64,000 bases of DNA from Bacteroidia bacterium (lineage in GTDB: Bacteria; Bacteroidota; Bacteroidia; NS11-12g; UBA955): NCBI GenBank assembly GCA_038317095.1, contig JBBQBB010000010.1:20-64019 (forward strand), given 5' to 3'. The notes under the pieces are model-generated. The model did not search any database. It saw only the letters and a list, made by a program, of their open reading frames with translations, and had not been told where the DNA came from. Below are positions 1-8,099 of the stretch, piece by piece (within the stretch, counting starts at the first letter, position 1; every line of letters begins with the position of its first letter). A program made the position numbers and the translations under genes.

Positions 1-136
1 GAAGAAGGCAGCATCCTTGGAGGGATTGGCAATCTATTTGATGGTGATGGCATGCATTGATTCGAAAACTCTGAAAGATATGCAAATTCATTCCGCGACC
101 TTAGTGCTAATTCGTGTAATTCGTGGCTATTTTGTG

Positions 137-907
137 CTAAATATTCTTCTTCTTAAATACTTTCAAACTAATCCAAAGCGGAATTATTGTCCACAAAGCC
201 ATCACAAAAATGGAATATACGATGCCAATCCAACCGCCGAAAAACTGTTTATAAAGTGCACCTGTGTAGCCCATCAAAGCGGATACATCTAGTTTTAACA
301 TCACGCTGATTCTAGCCAAATCAATAGGATTTAAGGAGGCCAAAACAATCATTAATTTTTCCAATGGGTAATCGCTAAAGCCATATAAAAATGCTAGCAC
401 CAAAGCATCGTAAATGATGGCCAGAAAAAACCAAAGCATTATACTCATGCCTATTCCGCGGGCCTTATCACGGGTAATTGTGGATGCTAAAAACGCAAAT
501 GCCACAAAACAAAAAACAAGCATCACCCCAGACAAAATCAATACCATTCCAGTGGCATCTGCTTGGAAAATTAGAACTGGCAAACCAATACCTACAAGAA
601 AGGCAACCATCAACGAAATTGTGATTCCAATATATTCTGCTAAAAGTATCGTACGTCTTTTTATGGGCTGAGAAACCAACAACTCCATAAATTCATAGGC
701 ATTGTAATAATAGGTAGTAGAATAAATTATACTTACCAGCGGAAGGATAATTAACACAACGCTAAGCAAACTTACCAAAGCTTTGGAGGGATCGTTTTCC
801 AAAGTAAAAAATGCCATTGAAATAGCAAGAAGTAGAATTGTTAAAAACAACAATACCTTGCTTTTTAAAATATCGATGACTACATATTTCGCAATTTTGA
901 ATATCAT
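137..907 (-). CDS. nosY: ABC-2 type membrane permease of the nos maturation ABC system (NosY-like)
   Basis: 256 aa with multiple hydrophobic spans. Its start overlaps the upstream ATPase stop by 4 nt (ATGA). It is the last gene of the nosZ-B-L-D-F-Y array. Confidence 0.75.
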   Translation of the reverse strand: MIFKIAKYVVIDILKSKVLLFLTILLLAISMAFFTLENDPSKALVSLLSVVLIILPLVSIIYSTTYYYNAYEFMELLVSQPIKRRTILLAEYIGITISLMVAFLVGIGLPVLIFQADATGMVLILSGVMLVFCFVAFAFLASTITRDKARGIGMSIMLWFFLAIIYDALVLAFLYGFSDYPLEKLMIVLASLNPIDLARISVMLKLDVSALMGYTGALYKQFFGGWIGIVYSIFVMALWTIIPLWISLKVFKKKNI

Positions 908-1626
908 TTTACACCACCTGTTTTTTGAATCATTTCTTTCAAGGCTTTGCCTATCCTATCACTTCCAGATTCCAATTTCAGCTCCTCTATGCTGCGGTGA
1001 AACGCAACTTTACCCTCATTAATAAAAACCAAATCATCGGCTATTTCTTCAATTTCATTCATAATATGAGAAGTTATAAGAATCAATTTACCATTGTTTC
1101 TTTCTTTCTGAATTTTGTCTTTTAAAATTTCCGCAGCCACGGGATCCAAGCCAGCCGTAGGCTCGTCCAATATTAAAACATCGGGTGAAAAAAGAAATGC
1201 CAATGCTGCACTTACTTTTTGCCGTGTACCACCACTCAATACACCCATTTTTTTTATACGCATGGTTTCCAAATCAAAGGATTGAATTAATTCTTCATCC
1301 AATTTATCCAAACTATCCTTGCGTATATCCTTAATCATATTCACTATTTGACCGATGGTCATGTTATCAGGGTAACGCCCAATTTGTGGCATATAACCCA
1401 ATTTACGGCGATACTCCCATTCGGTATTTACCGTTTTTCCGTCAAAAATCACTTCGCCTTTATCCGGGTGTACCATACCCAAAATGCATTTGATCATGGT
1501 GGTTTTGCCTGAACCATTGTGGCCAATTACGGCAGTAGCTTTGCCCATAGTAAAATTCACCGACAGGTCGCTGAGTACCTGCAATTTTCCAAATTTCTTA
1601 TGCAGGTTTTTTAGTTCTATCATCAA
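904..1626 (-). CDS. nosF: ABC transporter ATP-binding protein NosF
   Basis: 240 aa with Walker A GHNGSGKT, ABC signature LSGGTRQK and Walker B LILDEPTAGLD. It lies between nosD and nosY. Confidence 0.85.
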   Translation of the reverse strand: MMIELKNLHKKFGKLQVLSDLSVNFTMGKATAVIGHNGSGKTTMIKCILGMVHPDKGEVIFDGKTVNTEWEYRRKLGYMPQIGRYPDNMTIGQIVNMIKDIRKDSLDKLDEELIQSFDLETMRIKKMGVLSGGTRQKVSAALAFLFSPDVLILDEPTAGLDPVAAEILKDKIQKERNNGKLILITSHIMNEIEEIADDLVFINEGKVAFHRSIEELKLESGSDRIGKALKEMIQKTGGVK

Positions 1627-2851
1627 AAATTAATTCATGCATTAAAGGTTGATTGTCTTTAATATTTTCTGGTGTTAAAGAGGGTATGCTTCTTTCTGCT
1701 GTATCCAATAACTCAATAATCAAACTTCGCATAAGCATTATCACATATGGCATTTGTTCAATCATCATACTATACATGCTTACTGGACGAAAAGGAACAT
1801 CGCCAATATTGTCTTTATTCAAATCGTAGCCTTTATATTTTTCCCAATAATTATGATTTAATTTGTTTAAAAACAATGTGCCGTTGGTAGAAACATCAAA
1901 ACTATTATTTACAAAATTATTTTGCTCAAATTCCACATCTTCACAATTGGCTAGCAATTTTAAAGCCCAACCATTTGATTTAAATTCATTGCTATCTGCC
2001 TTAATTCTAGAGCAACCTTCCATATAAACTGCGGTGGTATTTTTAACGTACCTATTGTGGTGTATTTTGCTATCCGTTATATCCTTGCACAGCATTCCAT
2101 AAGTGGCTCCACCCCAATTTTCTTCAAAATTATTTTGCAGCATTGTAATTCTTTTTGAATACATTACAGCCACACCTGTGCCATTTTTAAAAAATGTATT
2201 GTTTACAAAAGTATCGTCATCGGAAAACATAAAATGCAATCCATAACGTTGGTTTCCTTCGGTATAATTGTTAAGAATAAAAGACCTTTTCGCAAATTCA
2301 AAATACATACCATCTCGGTGTTTTAGAATTCTATTGTTTTCTAAATGAATATAATCAGAATACCAAAGATGAATTCCATCTCCACAATTGCCTTCGTTGC
2401 TAAAGCCCACAATTTCATTGCCTTTAATTATAGAAGAATCTACTTCGGAAAAATAGATTCCAAAAAAATCGTTGGCAAATTTACAATTTAAAATAGAAAC
2501 ATGGTGGGTTTTAGATGCACGAATGGCTGCAAAATCATTCATATATCCGCGTTTTGTATTGCGCAAATCAAGGTTTTCCAGTGTAACTTGGCATGTATCA
2601 ATAATCAATATTTCACCTTTGTTTTCTCCGTCTATAATGGCTCCATTTTCTCCTCGAATGGTAATGGGTTTGTGTATGATAAAATCATGCAATGGATAAA
2701 TACCTTTTTTCAACACCAAGGTTCCGCCAGAAGGTGTTTTGGAATATAAAAATTCAAAAGTTTGGGCGCAAATTTGCGTGCCAAAATTACCCAACAACGA
2801 AGTCAAGACAAATAAAACAACAACTTTATTTACCCATAGATTGCATCTCAT
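1598..2851 (-). CDS. nosD: Periplasmic parallel beta-helix copper-maturation protein NosD
   Basis: Repetitive beta-helix-like segments rich in N/G/I/F run through the protein, and it sits between nosL and nosF. The Met at 2851 gives a signal peptide (MRCNLWVNKVVVLFVLTSLLG...AQ). The ORF-track start at 2947 would overlap nosL by 71 nt. Confidence 0.85.
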   Translation of the reverse strand: MRCNLWVNKVVVLFVLTSLLGNFGTQICAQTFEFLYSKTPSGGTLVLKKGIYPLHDFIIHKPITIRGENGAIIDGENKGEILIIDTCQVTLENLDLRNTKRGYMNDFAAIRASKTHHVSILNCKFANDFFGIYFSEVDSSIIKGNEIVGFSNEGNCGDGIHLWYSDYIHLENNRILKHRDGMYFEFAKRSFILNNYTEGNQRYGLHFMFSDDDTFVNNTFFKNGTGVAVMYSKRITMLQNNFEENWGGATYGMLCKDITDSKIHHNRYVKNTTAVYMEGCSRIKADSNEFKSNGWALKLLANCEDVEFEQNNFVNNSFDVSTNGTLFLNKLNHNYWEKYKGYDLNKDNIGDVPFRPVSMYSMMIEQMPYVIMLMRSLIIELLDTAERSIPSLTPENIKDNQPLMHELIFDDRTKKPA

Positions 2852-2876
2852 GGCAGAAATTAAATCGAATTCATAA

Positions 2877-3305
2877 TTATTCAGTAAGTAGCATTTGGTC
2901 AAATGTGAGAATTTCGCCGCCCAATTTTTTTTGGAAGTCTTCAGCATCTACTTTTTTTGAAAATGCCGCTAAATTCCCACCCATGGGGCTTTTAACTTTA
3001 GGTCCATGTAAATAAAAAGCGAGTTTACCGTTTGAAAGTCCACCTGGATTGGCATAATCGGCAACATATATATATTCAAAAGTTACAATCTCAGATATAT
3101 TTTTATTGTAAAAATTCCGCATGCATTCATCCGAATCGAATTTATAAATCTTGCCTTTTTTTGTAACAATTTCCGTCCCAAATTTTTGATCCATAATGGT
3201 CATTTTACAAAAATCGCAGTTGTCTTTGCCGTAATTTATTGGCTGAGAACCAGTGCTGCAAGATAAAAGCAGAAATATTGAGGCTGATTTGATAATGTTT
3301 TTCAT
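2877..3305 (-). CDS. nosL: Copper chaperone lipoprotein NosL
   Basis: Lipobox LLLSC follows the Met at 3305. It has the CDFCKM (C-x2-C-x-M) metal motif typical of NosL and sits between nosB-like and nosD. Confidence 0.8.
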   Translation of the reverse strand: MKNIIKSASIFLLLSCSTGSQPINYGKDNCDFCKMTIMDQKFGTEIVTKKGKIYKFDSDECMRNFYNKNISEIVTFEYIYVADYANPGGLSNGKLAFYLHGPKVKSPMGGNLAAFSKKVDAEDFQKKLGGEILTFDQMLLTE

Positions 3306-3321
3306 ATTGGTTACTGCAAAT

Positions 3322-3933
3322 TTATTGTTTAATTTTTTTACGGTCAAGAATAAAATGTTCCCAAAGGAGCAGAGTGCCCATTAAAACAGAAGGCACAATA
3401 ATCATCAGCCCGCCTATATCTGGCAATGACCCTGCAACAAAATTGAGCATCACTTTATAACCTAAAAATGGAGGTTGGTAGGACATGCCAGGTATTCTTA
3501 TTGCCGCATGCGGATCAAGGTTGTGGCCATATTGATATTCCCAGCGCCAAAAATCATAACATGCAAGCGCTGCAATAACCACCAAAACGGTCATGTATAT
3601 CCATAACCAGCGGCGATTGCCTTTGTAACCTACAAAAAGACCAAACGCAATCATAAACCCTAACAAATATGGCAAAAAAGCAAATTCCCAGAATTCATCT
3701 GCGTGCAATGTTGCCATTCCTATATAATGATTTAAATTATTAATGGAAGATACATCACCTTTCAACCCATTTACCCAAATCTCAAGACCCAGACCTTCGG
3801 GATATTGAGGAGCTGACAAATCTATATACCAAACGGAGAAAAAATATCCGCCAATCATAAGAAGCGAGCCAATAATTACCGTCCATCTCGTAATAGGTTT
3901 TAATTTTTGCGCCAATCTTTCTTTACTATTCAT
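3322..3933 (-). CDS. nosB: Four-helix integral membrane protein, NosB-like (clade II nos signature gene)
   Basis: 203 aa with four hydrophobic helices, immediately downstream of nosZ as in clade II nos clusters. No catalytic motif was recognised. Confidence 0.6.
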   Translation of the reverse strand: MNSKERLAQKLKPITRWTVIIGSLLMIGGYFFSVWYIDLSAPQYPEGLGLEIWVNGLKGDVSSINNLNHYIGMATLHADEFWEFAFLPYLLGFMIAFGLFVGYKGNRRWLWIYMTVLVVIAALACYDFWRWEYQYGHNLDPHAAIRIPGMSYQPPFLGYKVMLNFVAGSLPDIGGLMIIVPSVLMGTLLLWEHFILDRKKIKQ

Positions 3934-3959
3934 ATACTATTTATAACATATCTTTTTAT

Positions 3960-3986
3960 AAAAAAAGGGGAGGAACAGGCCTCCCC
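3960..3986 (-). terminator. Rho-independent terminator/attenuator between nosZ and nosB
   Basis: The minus strand reads GGGGAGG-CCTGTT-CCTCCCC followed by TTTTTTT: a 7-bp GC-rich stem, a 6-nt loop and a T7 run. It lies 28 nt after the nosZ stop and 26 nt before the nosB start. Confidence 0.75.
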
Positions 3987-4014
3987 TTCTTACATTTAAT
4001 CAGGAAGTTACGTG

Positions 4015-6003
4015 TTACTTCTTCTTTTCTGATTCTGGCTTATTTCCAGTATGGAAAGTGAGTGGATTGTTGGAACCCGCTGGTGAAACCCGAATGTAGC
4101 CCTGCATTTCTTGGTGAAGTGCAGAACAGAAATCGGTACAATACATAGGGTATACACCTACTCTGCTTGGAATCCACTTCAAAGATTGGGTTTCGCCCGG
4201 CATAATCAGCAATTCAGAATTGCCTGCGCCTTTTACGGCAAAACCATGTGGCACGTCCCAGTCCTGTTCAAGATTGGTCACATGAAAATAAACCTCATCA
4301 CCTACTTTCACGCCTTCAATATTATCTGGGTAAAAGTGCGAACGAATTGCGGTCATATAAACGTGTACGGCATTCCCAACGCGAGTTACTTTTGCTGCCT
4401 TTTCGTTAGGTGTAAAATATGGGTGCTTATTTTCTTCTAATTTGTATACTTTACGTTGATTTTTTGTGATTAAATCTGCTTGAATCATTTGCGCATAATG
4501 GGGCTCCCCAATCGTAGGAAAGTCAAGCAATAGTTTCATTTTTTCACCTGAAATATCAATCAATTGCGCACTTTGGCACAATTCTGGACCAGTTGGCAGA
4601 TAGCGATCCTTGGTAATTTTGTTTAGCGCAACAAGGTATTTACCAAATGGTTTCTTGCTATCTCCTTGCACAACGCAAAGATGCCCGATTGAATAATAAG
4701 TTGGGATTCTATCAATGATCTGACGGGTTTCTACATTCCATTTTACAACCTCTGAAGACACAAAGAAGGAAGTGTATGCGAATCCTTTGTCATCAAATTC
4801 TGTATGCAATGGACCTAAACCTGGCTTTTCAACTTCACCAGCCAAAACCGATTCATATTTCAACACACTAATTCCATCAAATTCACCTTCAAATTGTTTG
4901 CCTTCAATGGCAGCCATCATTTTCTTAAAAGAAAACACAGGAATGGTAGCGGCCAATTTACCGCTTGCAACGATATACTCACCTGTTGGATTTACGTCGC
5001 ATCCATGCGGGCTTTTTGGGCAAGGCATATAGTAACAAATATCTTTTAAGGCTCTTGCATCCAAAGTAGTAACTTCTTTCAAAATCTCAGACTTTGCAGT
5101 TTGGGTCTCCTCATTAAAAAGGTTGTGATAGTAATTGGCTGGTTTTTTAACCCCTTTGCCTGCTGCCAAATATTCTTCTGCTTTTTTCCAGTTTACAGCC
5201 ATAATAAAGTCTTTATCCTTCTGAGAAGCATTCACTTCCAACAAAGTATTGGCTTGCTCAGAATTATAACAACTAAAAAACAACCAACCATGCGAAACAC
5301 CTTTACCCGCCCTAGCTAAGTCATAATCTACGGCTGGCACATCAATTTGAAACGCCATATTCATGTTGCCCTTTTCTTTGTCTACTTTAATAAAATTAAC
5401 AACCCCTTTAAAATTTTGCTTAAATGAATTGATTGGCATTTCCTCATCGTCAAAGGGTACGCTAAATCGCGATGCTCCCACAACATATTCGGTATTTTCT
5501 GTACAATATGGAGAAGCATGATTTCCTCCAGTATTGGGCAATTCTAGAATTTCAACCGTTTTAAAAGTCTTTAAATCAATTCGTGCAATGCGGGGTGTGT
5601 TGTTTGCATTGATAAATAGCCAACGACCATCGTCATTCCCATCTGTTTTTGACAGTGAAGGATGATGAGAATCGTCCCAGGGAATAAAGCCTTTGGTGGT
5701 TTGCAACAATGGTTTGGTTTCTTCGTTAAAGCCATAACCTTTTTCTGGGTCTACGCTAAAAACTGGGATAACTTTAAACAATCTGCCCGACGGAATTCCA
5801 TAAACACTCAATTGACCACTAAAGCCACCCGAGGTGAACATATATATTTCATCATATTTGCCTGGCGCCACGTATACCCGTGAAGCAGCATCAGCACTTA
5901 CAGCATTGTTACCTGCACCTTTGGGCTTGCAGCCTGTAAAAAGCATTCCTGTCACTACAATTCCTAAGATAATTGCAGACAAGGAGTTCGACATTTTTTT
6001 CAT
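4015..6003 (-). CDS. nosZ: Nitrous-oxide reductase NosZ, Sec-dependent (clade II) type
   Basis: 662 aa. The C-terminal CuA motif is CTDFCSALHQEM and the CuZ-region motif is DDSHHP. The N-terminus MKKMSNSLSAIILGIVVTGMLFTGC has no twin-arginine motif and ends in a lipobox-like FTGC. Confidence 0.97.
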   Translation of the reverse strand: MKKMSNSLSAIILGIVVTGMLFTGCKPKGAGNNAVSADAASRVYVAPGKYDEIYMFTSGGFSGQLSVYGIPSGRLFKVIPVFSVDPEKGYGFNEETKPLLQTTKGFIPWDDSHHPSLSKTDGNDDGRWLFINANNTPRIARIDLKTFKTVEILELPNTGGNHASPYCTENTEYVVGASRFSVPFDDEEMPINSFKQNFKGVVNFIKVDKEKGNMNMAFQIDVPAVDYDLARAGKGVSHGWLFFSCYNSEQANTLLEVNASQKDKDFIMAVNWKKAEEYLAAGKGVKKPANYYHNLFNEETQTAKSEILKEVTTLDARALKDICYYMPCPKSPHGCDVNPTGEYIVASGKLAATIPVFSFKKMMAAIEGKQFEGEFDGISVLKYESVLAGEVEKPGLGPLHTEFDDKGFAYTSFFVSSEVVKWNVETRQIIDRIPTYYSIGHLCVVQGDSKKPFGKYLVALNKITKDRYLPTGPELCQSAQLIDISGEKMKLLLDFPTIGEPHYAQMIQADLITKNQRKVYKLEENKHPYFTPNEKAAKVTRVGNAVHVYMTAIRSHFYPDNIEGVKVGDEVYFHVTNLEQDWDVPHGFAVKGAGNSELLIMPGETQSLKWIPSRVGVYPMYCTDFCSALHQEMQGYIRVSPAGSNNPLTFHTGNKPESEKKK

Positions 6004-6034
6004 ATTCTTTGGATTTTAGATTTGTTGTATTCTA

Positions 6035-6526
6035 TTATTTGGCACCATCGTTCTGACGTAAATAATCTAACAGTTTAAGAGCACTGTCATCATCTACATT
6101 TTGGTTTGTCATTTGGGTGAGGTGCGTAGCCAATAATTCCATAGCCACTGCATCTTTTTTGGTCATTTCTTCTGGATTTGTAATCATATTTAGAATCCAA
6201 TTGGCATTTCTGCGGGTGGTAATGCCTTTTAGACCTGGTCCAACCACTTTTTCATCTGTTGTTTTATGGCAAGCAGAACATTTGGATTCGAACAACACTT
6301 TGCCCGCAGTAGCTTTGGCAGCATCGAATGCAGCAATCTGTTTGTCGGCAAATTTCCCAATTCCATTGGGTGTAGCAGCGGCCTCAGTTTTTGACGCTTC
6401 GCCTTCTTTAACCGCATCGTCTGCCTTAAATGGCTCAGAACCACCACCACTGCAGCCCATCAAAGAAAAAGTGATTATTAATAAGGCTGTAGCCATAAAT
6501 CCCGCAATTTTGTTCGATTTTTTCAT
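6035..6526 (-). CDS. nosC: Monohaem c-type cytochrome lipoprotein (NosC-like electron donor)
   Basis: 163 aa with lipobox LMGC, a single CSACH haem-binding motif and a downstream Met-rich segment (NMITNPEEM). It lies directly upstream of nosZ. Confidence 0.8.
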   Translation of the reverse strand: MKKSNKIAGFMATALLIITFSLMGCSGGGSEPFKADDAVKEGEASKTEAAATPNGIGKFADKQIAAFDAAKATAGKVLFESKCSACHKTTDEKVVGPGLKGITTRRNANWILNMITNPEEMTKKDAVAMELLATHLTQMTNQNVDDDSALKLLDYLRQNDGAK

Positions 6527-6556
6527 TGAATTCTTATTTTAGTTTCTTTCTGTGGG

Positions 6557-6564
6557 CAAAATTT
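6557..6564 (-). promoter_or_regulatory. Near-consensus Bacteroidota -7 promoter box for nosC-nosZ
   Basis: The minus strand reads AAATTTTG, a 7/8 match to TAnnTTTG, 30 nt upstream of the nosC ATG. Confidence 0.35.
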
Positions 6565-6586
6565 GCCTCATTTTTAGGAATAAATT

Positions 6587-6600
6587 TTGACATAAGTCAA
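6587..6600. promoter_or_regulatory. FNR/CRP-family operator, perfect palindrome TTGAC-ATAA-GTCAA
   Basis: Perfect 14-bp inverted repeat in the divergent nosC/regulator intergenic region. Its centre is about 42 bp upstream of the predicted nosC transcription start. Confidence 0.7.
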
Positions 6601-6610
6601 TTATTCACAT

Positions 6611-6618
6611 TATTTTTG
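6611..6618 (+). promoter_or_regulatory. -7 promoter box (TATTTTTG) of the FNR-type regulator gene
   Basis: Exact match to the Bacteroidota TAnnTTTG consensus, 20 nt upstream of the ATG at 6639. Confidence 0.45.
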
Positions 6619-6638
6619 ACCAATTCTAAAACCAACCA

Positions 6639-7349
6639 ATGTCCACCTTTGCAAAATGCAATACAGATTGCAGAAGCTGCCAATCCATAGCCCTTTCGGT
6701 ATTTTGTACCTTAAAGCCCCAAGAATTGGAAGAATTGAACCTTCATAAAGTAAGTTTAGAAGTTTCAAAAGGTTCTGTGGTTTTTTATGAAAACAATATG
6801 CCCACTGGCTTGTATTGTGTGCATGAGGGTGCGGTAAAAGTTTACAATACATCCCTAAATGGAGACATTCAAATCAATCGGTTGGCAAAAAACTCCGATA
6901 TTATAGGTTATAGAAGCCTTCTTGCTAATGAACCTTACAAAGGCACCGCAGAAACAATAAAAGATTCAACCATTTGTTTTATTCCAAAGTCTTCACTGTA
7001 TGCACTTATCGGAACAAATATTGAATTTAGTTTAAAGATGATGGAAGCAATGGCCAAAGAATTGAACCGTGCTGAACAAAAATCATTGGACATATTGTTT
7101 AAAAGTACCCGTGAAAGATTGGCTGAAGCAATTTTACTTTTACACCAAACTTTTGGCTTAGATGTGAGAGGATATATAAATGTAAAATTAACCCGCGGCG
7201 AATTTGCAGCAATTACAGGCATGGTTCACGAAACTGTTGTTCGCATACTTGCTGAATGGGAGAAAGAGGGTATCTTACAATTGGATAAAAAATTAATTAA
7301 AATTATGAATTTAACTGAGTTGCTAAATATTGCAAAACTCGAAGATTAA
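6639..7349 (+). CDS. Crp/Fnr family transcriptional regulator, FNR-type with N-terminal Cys cluster
   Basis: 236 aa with a cNMP-binding-like beta-roll and a C-terminal HTH (TRGEFAAITGMVHETVVRIL). The cysteines follow C7-x3-C11-x2-C14-x8-C23, plus C113 in the motif TICFIP. Confidence 0.85.
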   Translation: MSTFAKCNTDCRSCQSIALSVFCTLKPQELEELNLHKVSLEVSKGSVVFYENNMPTGLYCVHEGAVKVYNTSLNGDIQINRLAKNSDIIGYRSLLANEPYKGTAETIKDSTICFIPKSSLYALIGTNIEFSLKMMEAMAKELNRAEQKSLDILFKSTRERLAEAILLLHQTFGLDVRGYINVKLTRGEFAAITGMVHETVVRILAEWEKEGILQLDKKLIKIMNLTELLNIAKLED

Positions 7350-7364
7350 TTTTGCAATTGTTAA

Positions 7365-8099
7365 CTAAAACTTAGAAGCCAGAGCCAGTACTTTGGGAAA
7401 TAAAATGTTATTTTCTATGTGTACATGATTCATTAAATCATCTTCGAATTCTTTCAATTTGGTTATGTAAATCTGATAAGTAACGCATGCGTCATTCGGC
7501 GCTGAGTAACCATGGGTCATCCTTTTTATCGTTTCTATTTGTTTCCATACCGCAGCATGTTCCTTTTCTAAATCAACAAAGCCGTTCAATATTTTCTTCG
7601 CAGAGCTATCCTTCAAATTGATTTTTTCTGGATGAACATACATATTCCAAAGTTTCTTCATTGCCGGAAATATTTCAGTTTCTTCTTTTTCCATGTGCAC
7701 ATGCATTTCGTCCAAAACAAATTTCAACATCTCATGTATTCCTTGCAATTCAGGATGATTTTTATGGTGATTTTTCACCACTATTTCACCGTACTCTTTT
7801 AACATTGTAGCAGTATTTTTTACATAATTATGGTGTGTTTGGACTACAAATTCACATAAAAAACCAATATTCCAATAAGCCATATTCCGACTAGGCAAAA
7901 TATCAGCATCATTGTATAACGCCAATTGTTCTGTAATTTGATCTGATATTAGCCCTTTGCTTTGTATGGCTTGGGATAACGTTTGTTTTCCGTTACAATA
8001 AAAATCTATGCCATATTTTATTAAAACATCCGCCTTTCTAGAATCCCTTGCGGCAATATCACCAATTCTTTGGTCCAATATTTTTTTTAGCACTGTCAA
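7365..8099 (-). CDS. ric: Iron-sulfur cluster repair di-iron protein (RIC/ScdA/YtfE family)
   Basis: 244 aa. The N-terminal segment is ScdA-like (IGDIAARDSRKADVLIKYGIDFYCNGKQTL). The rest is hemerythrin-like with several H/E motifs (HHNYV, HMEKEE, EKEH, HVHIEN). Confidence 0.85.
   Translation of the reverse strand: MTVLKKILDQRIGDIAARDSRKADVLIKYGIDFYCNGKQTLSQAIQSKGLISDQITEQLALYNDADILPSRNMAYWNIGFLCEFVVQTHHNYVKNTATMLKEYGEIVVKNHHKNHPELQGIHEMLKFVLDEMHVHMEKEETEIFPAMKKLWNMYVHPEKINLKDSSAKKILNGFVDLEKEHAAVWKQIETIKRMTHGYSAPNDACVTYQIYITKLKEFEDDLMNHVHIENNILFPKVLALASKF

Noticed and set aside
1-60. Open frame running in from the left edge (EEGSILGGIGNLFDGDGMH*). It could be the 3' end of a plus-strand gene.
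   Set aside because: Only 19 codons are visible and there is no recognisable motif. That is too little to support a feature call.
17-292. 91-aa plus-strand ORF from the track.
   Set aside because: It overlaps nosY on the opposite strand and has no motifs. This is typical antisense noise in a membrane-protein gene.
4015-6003. Possibility that NosZ is a Tat-exported clade I enzyme.
   Set aside because: The N-terminus has no RR motif. It has a Sec/lipoprotein-type signal instead, and a nosB-like gene follows directly.
6117-6542. 141-aa plus-strand ORF antisense to the cytochrome c gene. Similar long antisense ORFs occur at 44088-44594, 45756-46133, 52539-52967 and 55664-56101.
   Set aside because: Each lies entirely inside a confidently identified gene on the other strand. 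They have low-complexity composition and no family signatures.
7350-7364. CAATTG-containing 15-nt gap between the regulator and ric as a terminator or operator.
   Set aside because: It is too short and too AT-rich for a stable hairpin. A 6-bp palindrome is expected by chance.
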